A DNA stretch of 64,000 nucleotides from the human T2T-CHM13v2.0 reference genome, Homo sapiens: the NCBI RefSeq assembly GCF_009914755.1, contig NC_060939.1. One strand, written 5' to 3'. Shown one piece after another: positions 1 to 17,596 of this stretch. The notes beneath the pieces were generated by a model, which was not told the origin of the DNA, did not search any database, and worked only from the letters and a program-made list of their open reading frames with translations. The position numbers and the translations under genes are program-made. Numbering within the stretch: position 1 is the first letter of the stretch; the number at the start of each line of letters is the position of its first letter.

Positions 1-310
1 TTGATAGATGTACACACAAGCTGCCGCCGTGGAAGCAAACAGGAGTAATTTAGTCTGCTTAGGAGTGGATGGGGTGGCTATAAGGAAATGCTGCTTTGAA
101 GAAGCAACATTTGACCTGGGTTTTGAAGTTTGAGTAAGAGTTCATCAGGGAACCATAAGTGTAAAGGCATGGAGGTACAACTATTATGTACCCACAAAAA
201 CTAAAAAAATAAAAGGCATGGAGACATGAAAGATCATGGATTAGGACAATTCAGAATTAAAAACTCTGTTTCCCTTATTACCCTTGGAATAATGTGCTTA
301 ACATAGCAAT

Positions 311-603
311 TTTTTTTTCTTCTTTTTGAGACAGAGTCTCACTCTGTCACCCAGGCTGGAGTGCAGTGGTGCAATCTTGGCTCACTGCAAGCTCTGCCTC
401 CCGGGTTCACACCATTCTCCTGCCTCAGCCTCCTGAGTAGCTGTTTACAGGCGCCCGCCACCACGCCCGGCTAATTTTTTGTATTTTTAGTAGAGATGGG
501 GTTTCACCGTGTTAGCCAGGATGGTCTCCATCTGACCTCATGATCCGCCTGCCTCGGCCTCCCAGAGTGCTGGGATCACAGGCGTGAGCCACCACACCCG
601 GCC
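311..603 (-). mobile_element. AluY-like SINE
   Basis: Antisense Alu with AluY diagnostics; TSD TAACATAGCAAT (299-310 and 604-615). Confidence 0.95.
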
Positions 604-667
604 TAACATAGCAATCTTAAGTCTCCCCTATCAGTATCTGTGGAAGGGATGAATACTGACTTGAATT

Positions 668-1130
668 TTAGTTTTCTATTACTGTATAACAAATTACCAC
701 AAATTTAGCAGTTTCACACAGCATTCATTTATTATTTGAGTTTTCCACTGCTCAGGAGTTTGGTGCGGATTAGTGTTCAGGTGCTGACCAGAGGTGTCGT
801 CTTGGCTGCAGCTTGCGTCCTCTTCCAAGCTCGTTAAGGCTGTTGGCAGAATTCCATTTGAATTATATTGTAGGACTGAGTTCCCTTTCTCTTGCTGGCT
901 GTCAGCCAACCAAAGCCCCTCTCAGCTCTTAGAGGCCGCCTCAGGTTGTAAGCCACATGCCTTCTCATAGCTGGAAGGAGAATATCTCTTTAGTCTTCTA
1001 ATTATAATGTAATATGATCCTGGGAGTGACTATCCCATGACCTTTTTCAGATAACAAGGGACTGATATCTCATTATATTCCCAGCAGGTGGGAATCTTGG
1101 GAGTCTTCCTAGAATTGTATACTATAGCTA
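668..1130. mobile_element. MaLR LTR (MLT1-like), decayed
   Basis: gttttctattactgtataacaaattaccacaaatttagcag resembles an MLT1 terminus. Confidence 0.6.
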
Positions 1131-1999
1131 GGATGAAAACTAACAAAGAAAATAGTCCAAAGATACTTGGGGCAAAAACAACAAAATAAAAAGCCTGGGT
1201 TTTTCCCAGTCTGGGACCTTGGCATTGAATTTGTTGGGTGGTCTGATCATTTATTCATGTGAGTTAGTTATTGTTTCACCTCATCCATTTATTTGCATTA
1301 TCTTTGCTCACACTCCCTGATGCTAATTCCCTCTGACAGACACATGGAGTATCTTCCATACCCTTCCAACATTGATTTTAGGATTTTATTGTGAAGAACC
1401 AAGTTGGGAAAGTTTATTTTTAATTGTTACAGAAAGAATATACATAATATATTATCATATTTTATAGTAATACTGTATTCTGGTGTGAATTTCAAATACA
1501 CTTAACATGGTGCTTATGAGCACAAACCATTGTCAGAGACACCCGAATTTGAATGCCAGCTTCATCATTTATTACTAATATGACCTTGGGCAAGTTACTT
1601 AACTCCTATAACCTTCTGTTTAGCTTAGGGGTAGGATTTAAATTCACTTACTTGTAAGCAGGTAATGTTCCAGTCCACAGAAGCAAAAATAAAGTTTTAG
1701 CATGGATAACTGTGCTACGATGAAATAATTTCTAAACAAATCATCATCATCATCACTTTAGATAATTACTGGATGTTAAGTTCCTTGCAGGCAGAGTTGT
1801 TCACTGCCCAACACATGGTACATAGAAGACAAATATCTATCTTGTCTACTTAAATAAATTAATTGTATGATCAATGGATCTTAACAAATGTGTATATTTG
1901 CTCTCAAATATAGAATTATAAATTGGCCTTTTAGTATAGGAATATAGTATCAGTATAAATTAATGTTAGGTCAGTGAGGTATCATATATCCCATTAAAA

Positions 2000-3715
<1,716 letters not shown>

Positions 3716-4584
3716 TGTATAATATCAGGGGGAAATAAATATACCTAATGGCAATAAGTATGTAAATACTGTTTTACATCTGGATCTGTCAAGACTTTCT
3801 GCCTTTTAGTTCAAGGAAAATATTCCATTTCTATTCTGTTTTTAAAAATCTCTGCCTAGAGGTTCTTGCCATGAGCTTAGTGATAATGTGGTGAGCAAAA
3901 ATGTCTGTTATCTAGAATTGACTATGACTGTGATCACCATGGTGCAAGGTTTGTGCCCTTTGTACAGCGCCTACCAAGGAGCTAGAAGGACTTTTTGCAG
4001 TCCTGGGACTAAACCAGCAGAGGGCCAACTAGACTAGAAGTTTATTTTGGAAGATTCCTGAACCCTGGTAGCCAGCCTCCTGGTCGTTAATAGCTTTAAG
4101 TGGTCGCTGGGGTAGAAGCATTTGCCAAAACATCCAGAGAGGATTGGGGGTTATGTTTAACTTCTCCGTGGGCGCCTTAAAAACAGCTTGGTAAGGAGCA
4201 TCTTTCAAATGTGTAAATTCTTAGTCCAAAGCAAATAAAAACACAAAGACAAACAGGGACCTACTTGGCATTACATGAAAAAAAAGAGTGTGTATGTTTA
4301 TGGCAGAGAACTCGGGTTAACCCATAGCCGTACTATTTTCTAGCTATGTGTAATCCTGGCAACTTTCTAAGCCTAGTTCTCTCAAATAAAATCGGCCCAA
4401 ATAAAATGGGCTTGTCTGGTTCGAGTTGGTGTTTGAAAAATAAAAATAAAATAAAATGGGGTTTCCAGCCCACTCTTACATGCAATCAGTGGGTGCCATT
4501 AGTAACTGAATTGCAGGCCTTCCTCCTCTCACTTTGTGGATTATCAACAACATGTTTTCAGTCTTTAATGGCTTACCCCAATCT

Positions 4585-4889
4585 TATTTATTTATTTATT
4601 TTTTGAGACGGAGTCTTGCTCTTTCGCCCAGGCTGGAGTGCAGTGGCGGGATCTCAGCTCACTGCAAGCTCTGCCCTCCCAGGTTCATGCCATTCTCCTG
4701 CCTCAGCCTCGCGAGTAGCTGGGACTACAGGTGCCCGCCACCACACCTGGCTAATTTTTTTTTCGTATTTTTAGTAGAGACGGGGTTTCACCATGTTAGC
4801 CAGGATGGTCTCGATCTCCTGACCTCGTGATCCGCCCATCTCGGCCTCCCAAAGTGCTGGGATTACAGGCGTGAGCCACCACGCCCGGC
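4585..4889 (-). mobile_element. AluY-like SINE
   Basis: Alu consensus with a (TTTA)n tail; TSD-like CCCCA(A/G)TCTTATTT. Confidence 0.95.
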
Positions 4890-5405
4890 GCCCCAGTCTT
4901 ATTTTTGATTACTCATCAGTTAGCAATACAGTTCAGATATGCTTCAGTGCACCATATATTTCAGCAGTAACCATCTTCTCCCAAGCCCACGGTTGCTCAC
5001 TGGTCTCCAAGACATAGCTAAATGGCTACTGTTGTATTATCCCCAGAAACAAATAAAGCCACCAACTGTCCAGGGGACTGATTCGGAGAACCATGTGCTG
5101 TGAGATGGGAGCTCTTGGGAGTTAGAACTGGTTGTGCCAGCTGACACTGATGATGGCCTTGGATGGCCTTGGATGAATCCAACCAGAAAATGTGCTTTCG
5201 TTTTCAGAACATTAACAGCTTCAGGTAAAAGATAGGCTGCTCAGTGCCAGCTGTTCATTTTCCCCACAGTTCTAGGCCACCAGCTATCTAGCACTGTGAT
5301 AACACCAGTTATCTAGCCATTAAGATAGAAATGTATAAACATTAGCATTTGATGGCTCTGAGTAATTTTAAATCCATATTGCCAAACATTAAAATACCCA
5401 CGTTC

Positions 5406-5721
<316 letters not shown>

Positions 5722-7984
5722 TTATAACACTGACTGTTGGACTTCAAATTTTTCACTTAGAAATAGAGACCCAAGGTTATTTTCTTAATAAATATCAAGT
5801 GGAGAAAGAGTCCTGTGGATGATAGGCTACTTGAAGAGGCAGATCCTAGGAGCCTCTACTCTGCCAAGCTTTGGCCTTGGTAAAGGAGCTGCAGTGCCTC
5901 CGCTTTGCCACAGGGTGGCAACAGTTGCTTCCCATTTGAGGATGGCGGGGTGAAGCAAACCTTGAACTGTAGGGGACACTCCGTTTCTGGCTAGTCTCTC
6001 TCTGCAGTTGGAGAAAGCAGTGCAGCTGACTCTTATGTGTCTTGACTAAAATCTGTTTCTAGGTTATCCTCACCCTGGAGGAACCAATGAGAACATTGGG
6101 CTTGTAGGCCATCTATGAATGGACTGGGACCCCCCAATGGGCCCATGCCTTTGGGGTTGCATTTTGTCCACCTTGAACTTCAATCCTTAAAGTCTCTGGA
6201 TGATTTTCAGTTTTTCTCTGTTGAGCAATTGCATGGATAGTAATGAGAAATTCAAAAGAAACGGGGAGGTTCTTTTTGGGAGGGGAAAAGGATAGGAAAG
6301 ATGAACACGATGACATGTTTGTGTATGTTTACAGTGTCCTGGGTATCCAGAAGGCACTTAGATGTATATGGCACAGGAGAGAAGTCTGGGAGAAGGAAGG
6401 GTTTCAGAGTCATCCCCGTGTTAGTGGTGGCTGATACTGTAGGGGTGGATGGGGTCACCCTGGGTGGGTATTGAGAACAACAGGGCACCTAAGACAAAGG
6501 CCAGGTAGATGAAGAAGAATCCACAAAGGAAACTGGGATAAATCGGCCAGAAAGGAGAAGAACCAGAAAGATAGAGTGTAATGAAAACAAGGAAATAGTG
6601 TTCTGAGAAGGGGCAGTGGTTACCACTGTCAGGATCAGCAGAGAGGTCACATGAAATAGTAAAAACCACTGGGTGTCAAGTGTTCACTGGGGGTAGCAAC
6701 ACAGAAGTTACTGCTTTGTGGGGGCTTTGGGCAGAGCCGGCTCTGGGGAGTAGTGGGGGCCCACCATACCTGCAGGGCATTGAGGGGATAAACAAGGAAG
6801 AAATGCAACGTATAAATGTGTTCCCAGAATGTCAGGTAAAGGGGAGATGAGTAATAGCTGTGGAAGGATTGGGGGAAGGGTGAATGATTTAGAGCTGAGG
6901 ACGGTTTCTGTTAAGGTTGTTTTAGGATGTGAGAAATTGAACTTGCTGAAGTGCTAATTGCTAAGAACCAGCAGAGAGGGAGAGTTGAAGATGTGGGATG
7001 GGGAGCAGCAACTGAGGAGGTGGGAGAGGATGAGGACTGGAGCACAGGTGTTGGCCTGTGTCTTAGGTCTTTCCTTCCTCCATTGGGGAAAAAGGAAAGT
7101 GGCAAAGGTGTGCTGGGATACAGAGCTTTGGAGGTTTTGGCCTCAGGTGTTTGCAAGCACTGTACTAATTCTAGCCACCTTCTCAATTAAAATAAGAATA
7201 CAAGAATGAAATGCAGTCTCCCAAATCTCTTTTCTTTGCCAGCTTATACATTTATACACCTCACTGATATGTCTTTTGATGTTTTAAAATTTTGGACAGC
7301 ACTATTTTTAACTTTTACAACTATAACTATTAGTTATTTACTAGTTATAGTATAAACTTTTAATATTTACTTTTTATAACTCCTAGATGTCTTGTAGATC
7401 AAAAGATCTAAAGTGTCATCTTTGTCTATTTTATATCTTGTTTAATAGTAATAAATGTTTTAGTGAAGCATAAACCTAGAACAAAAATAGAAAATAATCT
7501 TAATAGGGTGTTGGGGAATTTTATGTGAACACTTCATGTGTCTTTGGAACAGTACAATGTAAAAAATTAGCACAGCCTTATTGCATGCACAAAATGTGAA
7601 ATAATGTGAATCTTCCCCAAATAACAATTTGTCAAGAATCACAATTTCAAAGTAGTAGGCTTAGTAATTCTAAACAGTGATCGGTAGAATCTGTCATCAT
7701 CCTCAATTAGGATTGTTCTTGAATTTTGTGAATTTTCAATCACGAGTGAGATCTTTAGTCCATTCCTTAAATAACATGTGACTATCTTAGAATGTCAAAG
7801 AGGGACACAGAAAACTAGATAACAACTCCTGAAATTAAGTTTGCTGTATGGCAACTACTAATTGCTCTGCCAGTTGTCTGACTGTAGAATAATCCTTGTG
7901 AAATATTCACTTCTATATGGGTTGGAGCCTGGGTAAGTCTGAGCCCCAGTGTATTTTCATGGAAGTCACTAGAACCAGATGTAA

Positions 7985-8377
7985 ATCCTGGGTTCTCTAG
8001 AGAAACAGACAAACAGAACCAATAGAATGTATAGAGAGACAGACAGTTATTTTAAAGAGTTGGCTCATATAAACGTGGGGGCTGGCAAGTTGAAAATTTG
8101 TAAGACAGACTGGAGACTTGGGCAAGAGTTGATAATTTTGAGTCTGAAGACAGTCCAGAGGCCGAATTATTTCCTTTTCAGAGGACCTCAGTCTTTTCTC
8201 TTAACGTCTTCAGTGATTAGATGAAGTCCACCCGTATTATAGAGAGTAATCTGCTTTTCTTAAAGTTCACTGATTTAAATATTACTCACTTTAATACCTT
8301 CACAGAAAAATCTAGTGTTGGCTTATGATCACACAACTGGGTACTATAACTTAGGCAGTCTGACACATGAAATTAAT
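7985..8377. mobile_element. ERVL LTR (MLT2-like)
   Basis: gggttctctagagaaacagac...agaaccaatag...ttggctcat...gggggctggcaagt and the terminal gacacatgaaattaa are typical of MLT2. Confidence 0.7.
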
Positions 8378-8639
8378 AGGGTGTTGGGGAATAAAATTAA
8401 CACAGCTGTCATCAAGCCTCCATTTCCTAAGGAAAATTATTATAATCCACATAAATATGGTATTTTGCTTTTGAATCTCTCTAACAGAGTCTGGGTCTCA
8501 AATTGTCTTCATGCACAGTGTCATGCTTACCCTCACAATCACTTACTGGAGGCAGGGAAGGAGGGTGAGTATTCCTTGCCACCTTTTACAGATGTGGAAA
8601 AAGAAACTCAGAGATGAGACTTATCTAGGGATACAGCTT

Positions 8640-8928
8640 GTCTTCTGGTCTGTTCAGGCTGCTATAACAAAAATTCCACAGACTAGGTGGCTTAAATAAC
8701 AAAGGTTTATTTCACAGTTCTGGAGGCTGGGAAGTCAAAACCAAGGTGCTGGCAGATTCCGTGCCTGGGGAGAGACTGCTTCCTGATTCATAGGTGGCTG
8801 TCTTTCATTGTATTCACATGGCAGAAGAGATGAGAGAGCTCTCTGGGGCTTCTTTTATTACCATCACATTGGGGATTAGGCTTCAACATGTAAATTTTAA
8901 GAGGAACACAAACATTCCATCCATAGCC
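8640..8928 (-). mobile_element. MaLR LTR (MLT1A-like)
   Basis: tcaggctgctataacaaaa...cacagttctggaggctgggaagtc...aaggtgctggcagattc. Confidence 0.75.
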
Positions 8929-9516
8929 CAGCTAGTATTTGTGGGATCAGAGCCTGAGCTGGACCCCGGTGTTTTCCTCTTCTGTCTGTCCAGCACATCA
9001 CACTGCTTCTTTGGCTAGTTGATCTAGTTAATTATAGGTACTGTACAGATGCAGAAAGGGTTAAACCTTGACCACAAGGTTTATCCTTAAGGATGATCCT
9101 CACTCCTGGGCTCATTGTTGATACTTCTTTGTATTTGCTTCTTTAGCCTCATTGTGAATTGGCATTGATGATGAGGAAGAGCTTGCCTTCCTCACTAGAC
9201 TGAGATTTGCAAATGCGCACACAGTATCTGCCTCGCTTTTTGTGTCTGTAGTGCCTAGACAAGGCCAGGCAAATAACACCCACTAAATATTTGTTGAAAC
9301 AACCTTGCCATATTTGCTCCCTTGAAATAGCCATTGACCTCTGAGACACCAGCAAGTGGGACTCGTGTTATTCCAGTCAAGATTATCCAGCCTTCGCAAC
9401 ATGTAAATATATCTGGAGCATTTTGACGGTAATAACCTAAAAGTCACCGGCATTTCTCACACTTGGTCACTTAGGACTGCAATTTCCTGGAAAGTGCTTT
9501 AAATATTTCTGGAGAT

Positions 9517-9947
<431 letters not shown>

Positions 9948-10059
9948 CTATGATTGTCTCCCATTACAGCTGGTGGGTGCCCCCAAGCTATGCAGCCTCA
10001 GGGTGTTCTGTTGTAGTGGGTGCTGACTTGGGAGGGCAACGGGAAATCCCCTCAGTGTA

Positions 10060-10414
10060 TGCTATGGTCTGAATGTTTGTGTCTCCCCCAGATTTATATG
10101 TTGATGCCTAATCCCCACTGCAATAGTAATAAAAGATAGGGTCTTTGGGGGTGATTAGACCTTGAGGGCTTCACCCTTACAAATGGGATCCATGCCCTTA
10201 TGAAAGAGGCCAGAGGAAGCTCATTTGCCCTTTCCACCGTGGGAGAACACAGGAGACGGAGCCACTGTGAGGAACAGGCCCTCACCAGACACAGAATCTA
10301 CAGGCACTTTAATCTTGGACTTCCCAGCCCCACAACTGTGAGCAATAAATTTCAGCTGTTTGCATATCACTTGGTCTAAAGTATTTTTTACAGCAGCCTG
10401 AATGGACCAAGACA
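10060..10414 (+). mobile_element. MaLR LTR (MLT1A/MST-like), near full length
   Basis: TGctatggtctgaatgtttgtgtc...ggacttcccagcc...aactgtgagcaataaattt...ggaccaagaCA. Confidence 0.8.
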
Positions 10415-11682
10415 GTGTGCCTTGATATCCCTAAATACTAGAGATTTTTTAGGGAAACATAGCTTTATTTTTTTTGCCCCTCTGCCCCACAACTTTCTGT
10501 AGGATTCACATGGGGGTGTTGGACATGGAGACAAAGCTAAGCACTGGGAACCATAGGTTCTAAAAATCCCAACCTTTCCATTGACCACTAAGGCATTATT
10601 TATTGTCTGGTGCCTTGCAGTTGGCAAGCCGACTCCTCTTTCCTTCAGTCTGAGCTTTCTCCTGGAGGTTTCTAAGTTCCTCATGCAAATAGGCTTCTGG
10701 CAGATGTCCTCTCAGACATATCTGTTCAAAACTCAGAGTGTTCAAGCTGGGACCTTGTTTCACGTCATCTGGAAAAAGAGGGAGGCAACAGGAAGTGTGC
10801 TGAGTCGCCAGGGAAGCCACAATCAACAATTTCCCACAGGTAATTGACAAAGTGGATCAGGCACATGTAGGAAGTGGAATTGTGGTAACTAAATTTTATA
10901 TATTTTATGGCTTGCAGAAATACTTTTCTATATTCTGTCTCATTTGATACAGCCTTTAAAAAGGTTAAAAACGTTTATCATTGCCCACAATCACACCGCT
11001 TAAGCTTTACGAGTTAAATGTCCTGTTGGCAGGACAGCTGTGTTAGGTTTAAATGTATCTCCCCATCCAGCTGTCTTCTATCCTGGTAGACTAGTACAAT
11101 CCTGTGATATTTAGCTGAGAAACTATAATGTGCTGGGAGTCGTGGTAAACCACATGTGGATTTGGGTGGATGGTGTTTCAGAGATGTGCCGCTTCTGGAA
11201 GCAAATGTTCTGACAAACTGCCTTCTTGGAACCAATTGGTGCAAATACCTTGGGCACCACAGTTCGTAAAGAGAACTGTCGAAGGCGGCTGGAAGGGTTT
11301 AGCAGACCACAATTTCGCACCGCAAATATAACTGAGCATGCACTTTTGACCATGGTGTGCTGTGTGATGTTAGTAGAGGAAGGGGCACTGGCGGTGGAGG
11401 CTGGGGGGGACTTGGTTTGTACAGCATAGCAGGAAGAGCACTGAGGCAGGATGCCCAGGGGTTCTAGTCCTAGCTCAGACCAGCTGCATGGCACTGAACA
11501 AGTCCCTTCAGTTCCGCAAAGTTTAGCTTCCCAATCTAAAAATAGAGATAAACTGTCCAGTCCATCTCACAGGTTTGACAGGGCAGTCAAATTAAATAAT
11601 ATATATAAACGTATTTTGGAAAGTATAAAATGGTACACAGGTGCAAAGCATCATTCTCATGGTCCTTAATTCTTTCATCCTC

Positions 11683-11685
<3 letters not shown>

Positions 11686-11731
<46 letters not shown>
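11686..11731. repeat. (TA)23 microsatellite
   Basis: Read directly from the sequence. Confidence 0.97.
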
Positions 11732-11744
<13 letters not shown>

Positions 11745-13418
11745 TTCCAGGTGTAAGTGGCTTTGGGATTGGAAGATAGTCGTATCTTTCAATCTTAAGT
11801 TTCCTTCACGTGGCCTCAGAAAACTGCCCCCAGTAGTTGCATGTTAAACTTTGCCAGAATCAGTTTCCCACCTGGCCTTAAGTGCTCTGCTCTGTATTGG
11901 TGTTGACCTTAGGCGTGAGAAACATGTGACTGTAATGAGGATGGATGCTTTCTAAAAGCTCATAAATAGCAACTTTTTCATACTGAAATTTGCTCTGTTC
12001 CATTCTTGCCCTTGTGACTTTACAGATGTTGTATTCTGCCATGAAATAGGTTATAGAAGCAGGTTTAAAGTGAAGGAGACTATGATTCAGCTGCCAAACC
12101 AAAAGTGAAACCTGTCCATGTGGATATAGCAGATGTCAGTGGAAGAAAGGTGTGCAGAATTGAAAAGCTTGCTCTCCGTGGTTTGAGAACACACTGTCCT
12201 CTTGTGGGCGTCTCTGGCAGCCCATGATCGGTACACTTCCTTGAACCAAATAGCCTATCAAAATATTATCTAATACATTTCTACTTTTATTTACTCAATG
12301 AGTAATTACTGAGTGCCTACTACATGCCAGGAACTGTGGCCCTGATATGTTTCAAAACCCATAAACATGCATCTAACTTATTTATGTAGGATCTCCATCA
12401 GGCACTATCTTCTTTTAACCTTTCCAGTGAAGGTTAAACTCTGACCAGAGGAATTGAGCGTGTTTACAGAAAATCAGGAATGGAACAGAATTAGACTGCT
12501 TTTCCCCTTACTTCCCACTCCCTTACAGCATGTTCCATTGGTACTTGAGTCTAGAGGCATCCAGAGGTGTAAGAATAACCAAACACAACAAAGATTAGGA
12601 GTAACGAAGTGTTTTCATGCAGTGCCGCACCCCAGTGAGGTGGGCTGGCTAAAAGGATGTGATACAAACTGATATCCAGGGAATGGCAAAGAGGAGTAGC
12701 TGGGCCTGTCCATCATCTCTTATCATGACTCACAGCCCTTGTTTAAGGAATTTGAAGTCTAGGTGGATGAAAGGGACATCAAACTTAAAATGCATAGCTG
12801 CAACCTACTAGATAGAAGCTGAGAACCCTATATGTGGATCAGGCAGTCACTACTGGAGTTCAGGAGGGGAATAAGGCATTGGCCCCTAGAGAAGACATCA
12901 CAGATCAAACTTGAGCTAGACTTCCTTGAGGACGGGTAGGATGTAGATGATAAAGATTCAGCTTCAGGCAGTAAGAAGTGAAAAGAAACATACTTTTTAA
13001 CCAGTATGTGTTGAGTGGAGGGTGGTTATGGGGAAGGGAGGGTGGCAGGGAAGGCTGGATGCATTTAAGGCTGTCGCCAAGTTTTTCTGCTTAAAGAGCA
13101 TCTGGGCACAGTGGCACATGGTCTATATTACTCAGGGCCCTAAGCTCACCTGAGAAGCTCCAGCCTCCCTTCTGCACCTTGCCCACAGAATGTTCTGTAA
13201 CACTTCTCTGTCCTTGCAGATAAATAGGCTGCCCCAAATCTAGCGATACCCTCGATGGTGGCAGGGGTAGTAGCAGTGGCATTGGATGGGACGGTGGGTT
13301 GGATATTTCCCTTTGTATTGGTCAAATACATGCACAGATGGCACCAACACCACGGGGATCTCTGGAGATGAAGGTAGGTATTTCTTCAGTCACTCAGCAC
13401 TTAACAACTGTCAGAGAG

Positions 13419-13791
<373 letters not shown>

Positions 13792-15729
13792 TCATCTGTG
13801 AAATGGATCTTTCCTCTGGGAGCTCCATCTTTTCCAGGTGATTGTTCACTTGGACATATTTGATTATAAGCTCCCAGAGTGTCAGACACGGACTTCTCAT
13901 GGCAAGTTAGACGATCCCAGGTGCCCAGTGGGTGGCAGTGCAGTGAGTGGCAGGAGGAAAACTTTCCTGCTGGCTTTTGGTCTGACCAAGACAGAGTGAT
14001 ACTTATCCAGGGCCTAAAATAACCATAGCAATAGGCCTTGCCAGAAGGGATCTGTGGCAGGCTCCTGGCACTACTGGTCAGTTCCCCCAGTGGCCTGTTC
14101 AAGTTTTTCTTTGCATGAGACAGAGGTTATGGCTGAGGAAACAGCCAGGCCAGGAGGCTAGCCTGCCCTGCAGAAGCCCAGGGGACCTTCCTGATGCCAT
14201 CTTTCTGGTATGACAGCTCAGCAGGCCTGTGTCAACAAGCCCTGCACGGTTTGGACAAGATGTGAGTGACTAACGTTTTCCTCTGGAGCAGCAGGAATGG
14301 ATGGGCCTGCTGGGAAGAATCCCTTTGCTGTGAGCTACCTAAGACGCCTGGCTCCTGAATTGAACCAGCAGGTCCCTTCTCTGTATCTTGCTTGCTTTCC
14401 TTTAAAAAAAAAAAAATCCTCAGCAGATGATGGGAGGAATTATTTGCTGAGTTTGTCCAGACTCTGAATAGCCCTTGGTCACTGAAGTGTGCAAAAACAT
14501 GGCAACAATGCAGGTGCTATGGTCTGAAAATGTTTGCAAAGGAAGGAGAGGAAAGAGCAGTTATTCTGACAGTAAATGATACATAATACTAATATTGGAA
14601 GGATTATTTTTTCCCTGTGTGGTCAGTGAATAGAATTTTTGGCAGTCGTCTATCATTTAACTAGGTCTGTATAGAGCACACTGGAGCCTGGTAAGGACCT
14701 CTGGCTTTTTTTACAGTCAGAGTTTTGGTGCCTAGGGGTCTGGGCTGTGGACAGGCGAGATGTACCTGCAGGCAGGGAGTGGTCAGCTTGCTCTCAGCTT
14801 GCCAGATCCGTGACTCTGACGAGAGAGTTATCAGTACCTACAGAGCTTCCTCCTGCAGCCTGCCTACCCACCCAGGCCATCTTCTGACACTGCCTCAATG
14901 TGTCCATGCTCCAGGCAGGTCAGATCACCTCCCTCATTCGGTTTGGACATCAAGGAGACTGTGTGAATGACCATCAGCCTCTCTCCAGTCTACCCAAAGG
15001 TATCAGGTATCCAGCACTATTCTGATGGAGAAGCAGTAAGAGTGAGCCTACCTTAGATCTATTAATAGAGCTCATTCAGCCAAGGAAAAGGATCCAACTA
15101 ACCCAGATGACTACATGAGCCTAGGTCATTCACATGTAGCTTTGGTGAGTAATGAGAGATGCACGCATGATACCCCTGCTCCTGTCCTTTGGTGCCCTGC
15201 ACCCCTCTCAGGTGCTCTCCAGAGTCAGCCCTTCTGACTGCAGGGCAGACCCCAAAAGGAGATCAGCTTTTCACCTCGATTACCCCTAGTACTTAAGACA
15301 TTTGCCTTCATGAGTTTTTGGTAATCAATATTGTACAGCCAGTAATTTAATTTTTTCATGGTATCAATCTGATATTAAAGCTCTAGAATCTGGGAAGAGC
15401 ACAGCAAAGCTTACCTGACTGACTCCACTATTATATTTGGAATGGATAATTGAGATATAATTTAAAGGGTAGAATATATTCTTTCTATAACTGCAAAAGT
15501 TTGCTATAACTCACAAAAGGAAATACAAAATTGAGTAATAGTGTTGGAGGAGAAGGAAGCAAATATTTATTTTGTATCTACTATGTGCCAAACACTTTAT
15601 GTATTGTATTTTGCCCTCAGAAATCATATGCAGATGATTCTATTTTACAAGGGAAAGTTGAGGTTTAGAGCAGGTGAGCAACATGCCAAGATGGAACAGA
15701 AGGGGCATAGAACCTGGATTCAAGTCAGA

Positions 15730-16319
<590 letters not shown>

Positions 16320-16329
16320 TCAGTATTTT

Positions 16330-17552
16330 TTCTTATGAAGATAATAAAAGCTGTCGTGGATCATTTCGAAAATAAAATAAAGATTGTTTAGAATCGTACC
16401 ACCTAGAGATACCCACTTTCAGCATTTGGCTATGTTTTCTTCCAGTCTGTTTTCTGTGCACACATAGGTAGTTTTTAAAATCATACAGTAAATCTTTTAT
16501 CTCTTTTTATACTTAATATTATATCAAGAACCTATCCCTATATTAAAATCAGTGTAATTATTTTTAGTAGCTGCATTATATCCTATTATATGTTTATGCC
16601 TCAATTTACTCAAGCATTTTTGCAAATGGCCATTTAGAGTTTTTCCAGTTTATCCCATCATAAACACAGCTTCAATGAACATATTTGTGCATAAACGTTT
16701 GTGTACAGTCTTGATAAATTCTCTGGGGTATATATTTCTATGAAAAGAAGAATAATTGGGTCAAGCTCTGTACCTATTGTTTAGGCTGCATTTCCTACAT
16801 ACTGTCAGGTTGCTTTCTGTAAGTGTTGGACTTATATGGCTGTGCTTTCTCTCTCACTTGTTTGTGGGTGTCTTGTCTCACTTGTTAACTATAAGTATTA
16901 ACTTTTTAAAGTATTTTAATTTGATAGGCAAAAATGGCATTTCATTGTTTTATTTGTGTTTATTTGATGACCAATGAAACAGAACATCTCTTCCTATTAT
17001 ATAGCTTTTTGCTTTTCTTAGTCTCTGAAATATTTGTTAATACGATGCATTGCTTCTTTATTAGATCTAATTTTTGTCTATCCACTTTAAGATTTGTTTC
17101 TTTCCATTTTCACATGTAGACTTAAAACTACAGTTCTTTAAGCTATTTAGCAGCAGTAGAGGAAGACTTGAGGCAAGTTGGAGGAGAGATGAAGGGGAGT
17201 GCTTTTGTATAAATTGGAGATCACCTCAACTATAGAATTAACTGAGCCCTGAAGTTGGAAGAAGAGGGAAGAATGGCGAGAGAGGAGGTAGTGCAGAGGT
17301 GTGCGGTCAGGATTTCCTGTAATGGCCACCAGGTGGTGCCATCTGCCCGGGACGATTAGATGTCTGGTGCAGGAGAGCGGAGAGCTGGGGAGAGTATTAA
17401 TAAGGTGGTCACAAGTGAGGTGATTGGAGTGCCATTCATACATGTGGGACATTAGTTGGGCCTCTGTAATTAACCTGTCAATGATCATGAGTTGGTGCAC
17501 GTGTGTTTGTGTGTAGAGCGGGGAAGAGAAGATTAGGGCTGTTAAAAAAAAA

Positions 17553-17596
<44 letters not shown>

